From the NCBI RefSeq assembly GCF_009914755.1, contig NC_060930.1: a stretch of DNA of 64,000 bases. One strand, 5' to 3'. The notes under the pieces were generated by a model. It did no database searches, was not told the origin of the DNA, and worked only from the letters and a program-made list of their open reading frames with translations. Below, piece by piece: positions 57,780 to 64,000 of the stretch. Origin of the DNA: the human T2T-CHM13v2.0 reference genome, Homo sapiens. A program made the position numbers and the translations under genes. Each line of letters opens with the position of its first letter. Position 1 is the first letter of the stretch.

Positions 57780-58740
57780 CCTACCCACCCCTTCCCACAA
57801 CACTGCCTCTCAATATCTCAGTGACTGGCTCCCCATCTGCCCCTCACCCTTGCCAAAAACCTTGGAAGTTGTCATTCTTGGCTCCACCCTGTCCCCATGT
57901 CCAATCAGCCAGTAAGATGCTACCTCCAGTCCTGTCAGAATCCACCCAGTTTCTGCCATCACTTGTGACTGCCTTAGTTCAGGCCACTGTGTGTTTTAGA
58001 CTAACTTATGAGCTCCCAGGTGGTATCCCCACTATTAGTTTTGTTCCTTCCTCAATTTATTCTCCCTACTGATGCCAGAGTAATCTTTCCCAGTGGAAAC
58101 TGGATCACATCATCTCCAGGCTTAATACCCTTTAATAGATGCCTATTATCCACAAGACCCTGTACTCCTTTCCACTGTAACTCCACATACCCTACCCAAG
58201 GCCTACATATGCAAACTGCAATACACAGAACAACTTGCAGTTCTTTTGAATAAGCCATGATCAGTTTTGCTTCAGGGCCTTTCTTCTTAAGATTTCCCTT
58301 GCTTGAAAATACCAAGTCTGTAATCAGATCTGTCAAATGGGATACCAATAACCTGCCCCACAGCACTGCTGTGAGGAGTAAATGGGCATGTGTTGCTTGG
58401 CTTATAGTATAAATGCTAGACACGTAGATGGATGCTTGCTCTCCCTCCCAGGCCTTGGTTTAATTCCTATGTTTTAGATCTTAGGTTCTCACTGCTCTCA
58501 GATTCCTTGGGAAAGTCTTTCTTGATCATTTAGGGCTGGTTTAGATGTTCTTCCTATATGGCACCACAGCAGTCTCTACTTAATTCTATTTAAGCCATAT
58601 TGTAATTCTCTGTTTATTTGTGTGTAACTCTAACTACATTAAATTCTGTGAGATTAAGAAGTATGTGTTGTGCATTATTGAGTTATCTCCAGCATTTAGG
58701 GTCATTGATACTCAGTAAATGATTGCTGAATAATTCAATC
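57780..58740 (+). mobile_element. L2 remnants
   Basis: CCATGTCCAATCAGCCAGTAAG...; 3' end ACTCAGTAAATGATTGCTGAAT. Highly diverged. Confidence 0.55.
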
Positions 58741-59484
58741 AGTTAGATGAAATGAACTTTGACTATCCTAAGATTATGGCATCTGGATACCACATCTCTT
58801 TAGATGTGGTACTTTGTCTTTGTATACTACTTAGCAGGTTTGCCAAATGCTGTCTGTGTATAAATGACTTTAGTGTTTCTATCTTTTTATTTTGAAAAAA
58901 ATCGAATACTCATATATCCTTTGCCTAGATTCGCTGATTGTTAATGTTTTTCCATATTTGTTTTATTTGTCTCTATAGAAGCACATATTACTTTTATGGA
59001 ACCATTAAAAATAAGTGGCAGATCTCAACATTGCAGCATGTGAGAAGCCCCCACCTGACATGCACATGTTGCCCTGTGATAGAAGTGGGGCAGTGGGCAT
59101 TCTTGTCTCAAAGCCTAGGGAGGTGAAATGTCCTGCTCAAAGCTGCAGACTGCTTAGTCTGGGGTTGTAAATAATTATATTAGGGCTTTCTACATTGCAC
59201 CACTCTGCCTCCCTATGAAGTTCATGCAAAGCTGAAAATATTGCAGATTTTATTGGTAGAAAAAGATGTATCTCTCATCTTTGTCTAAACTTTCAATCTG
59301 CAAATTCTGAGTTGAGTGTTTAAAAAGAAAAAAACCTTTGGCAAAGTGGTGACAAAAAATACTCTTAAGAGATTCTTGTCTCCTCATACACTTTTCTGAA
59401 TTCCTTTTAAGAAAGAAAAAAAAAATTGAAAAAGCTCTTTTTATATTTTAACACAGATGGTAGAGTCATGTGGTGATGCCCATC

Positions 59485-61535
59485 CACTGGCATGCTACAG
59501 CTGGCTCCTACTTTGGAAGCCAGTTGTTAAAGTCATTATTAAAAATTAAAATTGTATTATATAAATTTATAATTAAGTAGAGTAAAGCAAAGGTAATAAA
59601 TTTGAAAAACTCCTTATTTCCTAATTATCTTACTCCATTTTACTATTACCTATGGTCTTGAGGTTAAGTCTGTTGCATCTGTACAATGGAATACTACACA
59701 TCTCTTCCCAATTTCACATTTAGTGAATTCATCTTGGTAGCTTAAGATTTCATATTCAGTCAATTCATGGTGGTAGCTTAAAATTGGCCATGAAGAGGAT
59801 AGGAAGAATCAATATCGTGAAAATGGCCATACTGCCCAAGGTGATTTATAGATTCAGTGCTATCCCCATCAAGCTACCAATAACTTTCTTCACAGAATTG
59901 GAAAAAAACTACTGTAAATTTCATATGGAATCAAAAAAGAGCCCACATAGCCAAGACAATCCTAAGCAAAAAGAACAAAGCTGGAGGCATCACGCTGCCT
60001 GACTTCAAACTATACTACAAGGCTACAGTAACCAAAACAGCATGGTACTGGTACCAAAACAGATATATAGACCAATGGGACAGAACAGAGGCCTCAGAAA
60101 TAATGCCACACATCTACAACCATCTGATCTTTGACAAACCTGACAAAAACAAGAAATGGGGAAAGGATTCCTTATTTAATAAATGGTGCTGGGAAAACTG
60201 GCTAGCCATATGTAGAAAGCTGAAACTGGATCCCTTCCTTACACCTTATACAAAAATTAACTCAAGATGGAAAAGACTTATTGTAAGACCTAAAACCATA
60301 AAAACCCTAGAAGAAAACCTAGGCGATACCATTCAGGACATAGGCATGGGCAAAGACTTCATGACTAAAACACCAAAAGCAATGGCCACCAAAGCCAAAA
60401 TAGACAAATGGGATCTAATTAAACTAAAGAGCTTCTGCACAGCAAAAGAAACTATCATCAGAGTGAACAGGCAACCTACAGAATGGGAGAAAATTTTTGC
60501 AATGTATCCACCTGACAAACGGCTAATATCCAGAATCTACAAAGAGCTTAAACACATTCACAAGAAAAAAACAAACCCCATCAAAAAGTGGGCAAAGGAT
60601 AAGAACAGACACTTCTCAAAAGAAGACATTTATGCAGCCAACAGACATATGAAAAAATGCTCGTCATCACTGGTTATCAGAGAAATGCAGATCAAAACTA
60701 CAATGAGATACCATCTCACACCAGTTAGAATGGCGATCATTAAAAAGGCAGGAAACAACAGATGCTGGAGAGGATGTGGAGAAATAGGAACACTTTTACA
60801 CTGTTGATGGGAGTGTAAACTACCTACTAGTTCAATCATTGTGGAAGACAGTGTGGCAATTCCTCAAGGATCTAGAACCAGAAATACCACTTGACCCAGC
60901 AATCCCATTACTGGGTATATACCCAAAGGATTATAAATCATGCTACTATAAAGAGCCATGCACACATATGTTTATTGTGGCACTATTCACAATAGCAAAG
61001 ACTTGGAACCAACCCAAATGTCCATCAATGGTAGACTGGATAAAGAAAAAGTGGCACATATACACCATGGAATATCATGCAGCCATAAAAAGGATGAGTT
61101 CATGTCCTTTGCAGAGAGATGGATGAGGGTGGAATCCATCATTCTCAGCAAAATAGCACAAGGTCAGAGAACCAACACCGCATGTTCTCACTCATAAGTG
61201 GGAGCTGAACAATGAGAACACATGGACACAGGGAGGGGAACATCACACACCATGGCCTGTTTGGGGGTAGGAGGCTGGGGGAGGGATAGCATTAGGAGAA
61301 ATACCTAGTGTAAATGATGATTTGATGGGTACAGCAAACCAACATGGCACATGTATACCTATGTAACAAACCTGCACGTTATGCACATGTGACCTAGAAC
61401 TTAAAGTATAATAATTAAAAAAAGAGCAAAAAAAAAAAGGCCATGAAGAATTTATGCAATAGAAATTGACAAATACTACAAACCACACCCCACTCCCCAA
61501 GAGCTAGTTGTTAAGTATTTACCAGGACATCACTA
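59485..61535 (+). mobile_element. Second MER63 element, split by an L1PA
   Basis: GCCAGTTGTTAAAGTCATTATTAAAAATTAAA on the left of the L1; GAGCTAGTTGTTAAGTATTTACCAGGACATCACT on the right. Confidence 0.75.
59797..61438 (+). mobile_element. 5'-truncated L1PA (ORF2 C-terminus, 3' UTR, poly-A)
   Basis: ORF 60103-60807 ([29 protein letters not shown]...[14 protein letters not shown]); TSD GGCCATGAAGA at 59786-59796 and 61439-61449. Confidence 0.96.
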
Positions 61536-62649
61536 ATTATGCCCCATTTATTTTTCTTTTGCACATTCAATAATCAGGCCTTTCCCAAGTTCCCATCAAG
61601 TGTGCAGTATGTTGCCAATAACTCTTCTAAAAAAGAAGGGGGCCTACCCCTCATCTTCTGTTTTTAGCCTCCCTCTCTATTCTGCCTTTTTACAGAGGCC
61701 TGTTTTCAATTCTGAGACCCCTGTGATCCTTTTCTTTCTCTTTTTGACTTTTCTAAGTCTTTCTTCCCAGCTTTTTTGCTTCTCCCTATACCCTGCCACT
61801 GACTATGTTCTCTAAATAAAATAACCTAAAACGAAAAGAGTACTGAGATATTATTCTTAAGTAACATTGATAGCAAAAGTACAGCTAAAAATCTTAGGAA
61901 ACTTTATAAATATTTAATAAACCTATAAAATAATATATAATAAGCTTATATGCAAAATGATACTAAAAGTCTCCCCTTCTTAGGCATGCTAACATTTTCT
62001 TAAATTGCAGTATTAAAATTAGCATTCTTAACATGCTTCAAAACTTTTTTTCTTTTTATTGCCAGAGGCACCTTTCTTCTCTAAATCTCTGATCTTCCTT
62101 TTAGGGCCAGAAGGACTCCACCAAATTTCAACACTAAGATAACCACCTGTTACCAGTCATCAACAAATAGTTACTGAGGACCTGCCATGCATCAGGAACT
62201 GCAGATGCAGGAAATAATATGGACAACAGACACAGATTCTGCCTCATTACTTTTGTAGTTTTCTAGTGTTCAACTCTTGATATACATATAAGATCCGCAT
62301 CATCTGTTAAACATAGAGCTTAGATCCTCTCATGAGAGTTCAGGCGCATTCAGGGTGATGTGGCTGTAGCCTCTGATTCTCTTAGATTGGCAGTGAAGGA
62401 AGAATCGCTACAAAGGCAGGATCCGCTGCACTTCAGAATCTCACCTCCTGGCCCTAAAATCCACCTTGAAGAGTCCTTGCCTCCTGCCCAAGTAGCCACA
62501 AACTACTCTCCAAAAAGCACAACTCTTCCTTCAACAAGACTCTTTTCTTCAAAAACCACATGCAAAGTGAAGTCTTCACTGGGTATGTTTAGACCAGACA
62601 TTACTAAAGTAACTACTTGTGGTGAGACATGAGCTGGTAGCTGTGCGTT

Positions 62650-62765
62650 TACGTGGGGCTGTGTGCTCAGAAAGGCCCTGTGCTTGGTTTAATGCTCTAT
62701 TGTCGCTGTCTTAGAATTCTCTGCATTTTTATTTTGCCCTGGGCCCCATAAATTATGTGCCTGAT
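62650..62765. mobile_element. MER91-like hAT fragment
   Basis: AAAGGCCCTGTGCTTGGTTTAATGCTCT...GCCCTGGGCCCCATAAATTATGT. Confidence 0.5.
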
Positions 62766-64000
62766 TCTGCAGCCAGACTTTTTGGTCTTTGAGGATAGAT
62801 TACTTGTGTGGGGACTATGGCTCTTCACAGTGGTACCTCCTTTCTTCTTCAGATACTGAACTTTAAGAGACAGACACTGTCTTAACTCCATCACACAGGA
62901 ACACAACCCTTCACATCTTCTTACAGAGCTGGGATTTTCACTCCCTTTTATTTCTCCCTCTCAGTTCTGTGGTCGTCCTTGAGGCTCGTCTTTTCCTTGG
63001 GTAACCAACACTGAAAATGGTGTCTGCCTTCAAGAACGTGGTAGCTCTCCACAAAGCCTTAGAGTCCTAAGAACAATAACCATAGCAGAGTATGTGCCAC
63101 ACAAGGTAGTGCTGTGAGATACACACACACACATGCCCCCAGAAGAAAGGGTTTCATCACAATAGATTACTGAGGGAAATCCTGTGAGGTGAAGAGGACA
63201 GTATCTCTATCAAACAGGTAAGAAAAGGCAGAGACTTGAGGACATCTGCTCCTTCTGTGGGGCAGGAAATTATTTCTCCATTTCATGTTCCCTTCAAGGG
63301 AAAAACAAAACAGGAAGCTCAAACTAGGTTACCCTGCTGCTATGTGACTTTGTGTAAACCACTTAACCCCCTGATCTTCTGTTTTTTCCTAGAAACAAAG
63401 GCCTGAGAAGGGATGAGTTCAGCAATCCCTCTGGGCCCCAAATTCTCTTATTCTAGGAAAAAATGAATGTTCTTATAATGAGAGATTAATGCAGAAGGAA
63501 GTAAAGACAACTGCATTGTGGTGGGAAATTTATGCCTGAGGTACATTTTAATTTTTAATGTCTTAATAGCCCCCAGTTTTAAATAGTCCTGACCTCTTTA
63601 AAGATGGCTGCACCACATCATACTGCCTATTACTGGGAGAAACAATCCTCTTGTCCTAAGACATAACATTTCTTAGAAAAGATACCGATCTTAAGAAAGA
63701 TTCTACTGATGAGCTTTCAATTTGCTCTGTTGTCAGGGAGCCCATAGAGATCACATTTTGAAAAAATTAACCAAGGGCAGCTGAGGAAAATTGTCATAAA
63801 GAACTCGTTTTCCTTCTGTAATAATAATTACGTAAGAGCACTGTAATGAGAAAGAAACAAATGAAGAGGGGCACAGGAACAGGGCACAAAAAGCAGTGTT
63901 GTGCACGTGTCAAGTCGAATGGGAGATGGGGTAGAGATTAAGAGGAAAATGGACACCATTTGTTAGTAGATTAAGCAGAAAGTGTATCAGTCAGGATGCT

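Noticed and set aside
60103-60807. 234-aa ORF as a functional protein
   Set aside because: It is the C-terminal part of L1 ORF2 in a 5'-truncated copy with frameshifts, lacking promoter, endonuclease and RT core.

Overview
This is human (primate) genomic DNA containing the 3' end of HS3ST5 (heparan sulfate 3-O-sulfotransferase 5) on the minus strand. Recalled location: 6q21-22, near HDAC2. The two coding exons are 49858-49996 (ATG at 49964) and 44376-45309; spliced, they give 346 aa, followed by a ~1.66 kb 3' UTR. The left end is a triple-nested ERV: a minus-strand HERV-H provirus (LTR7B-type 5' LTR at 4817-5249) inside an LTR14-type HERV-K LTR, itself inside a MER61/MER51-type LTR. Next comes a 5'-truncated NUDT19 processed pseudogene split by an Alu. 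The rest is typical Alu, L1, L2, MIR, MaLR and DNA-transposon sequence. I see no new multi-gene system. The best leads are regulatory or retrotransposition oddities: an overlapping uORF in HS3ST5 that ends exactly at the exon end, a CTCF motif beside a candidate proximal poly(A) site, a consensus splice donor and non-His PBS in the HERV-H, and an L1 fragment fused to an unidentified mRNA-like 3' UTR. Repeat boundaries and subfamily names were assigned by eye and from memory, so they are approximate.
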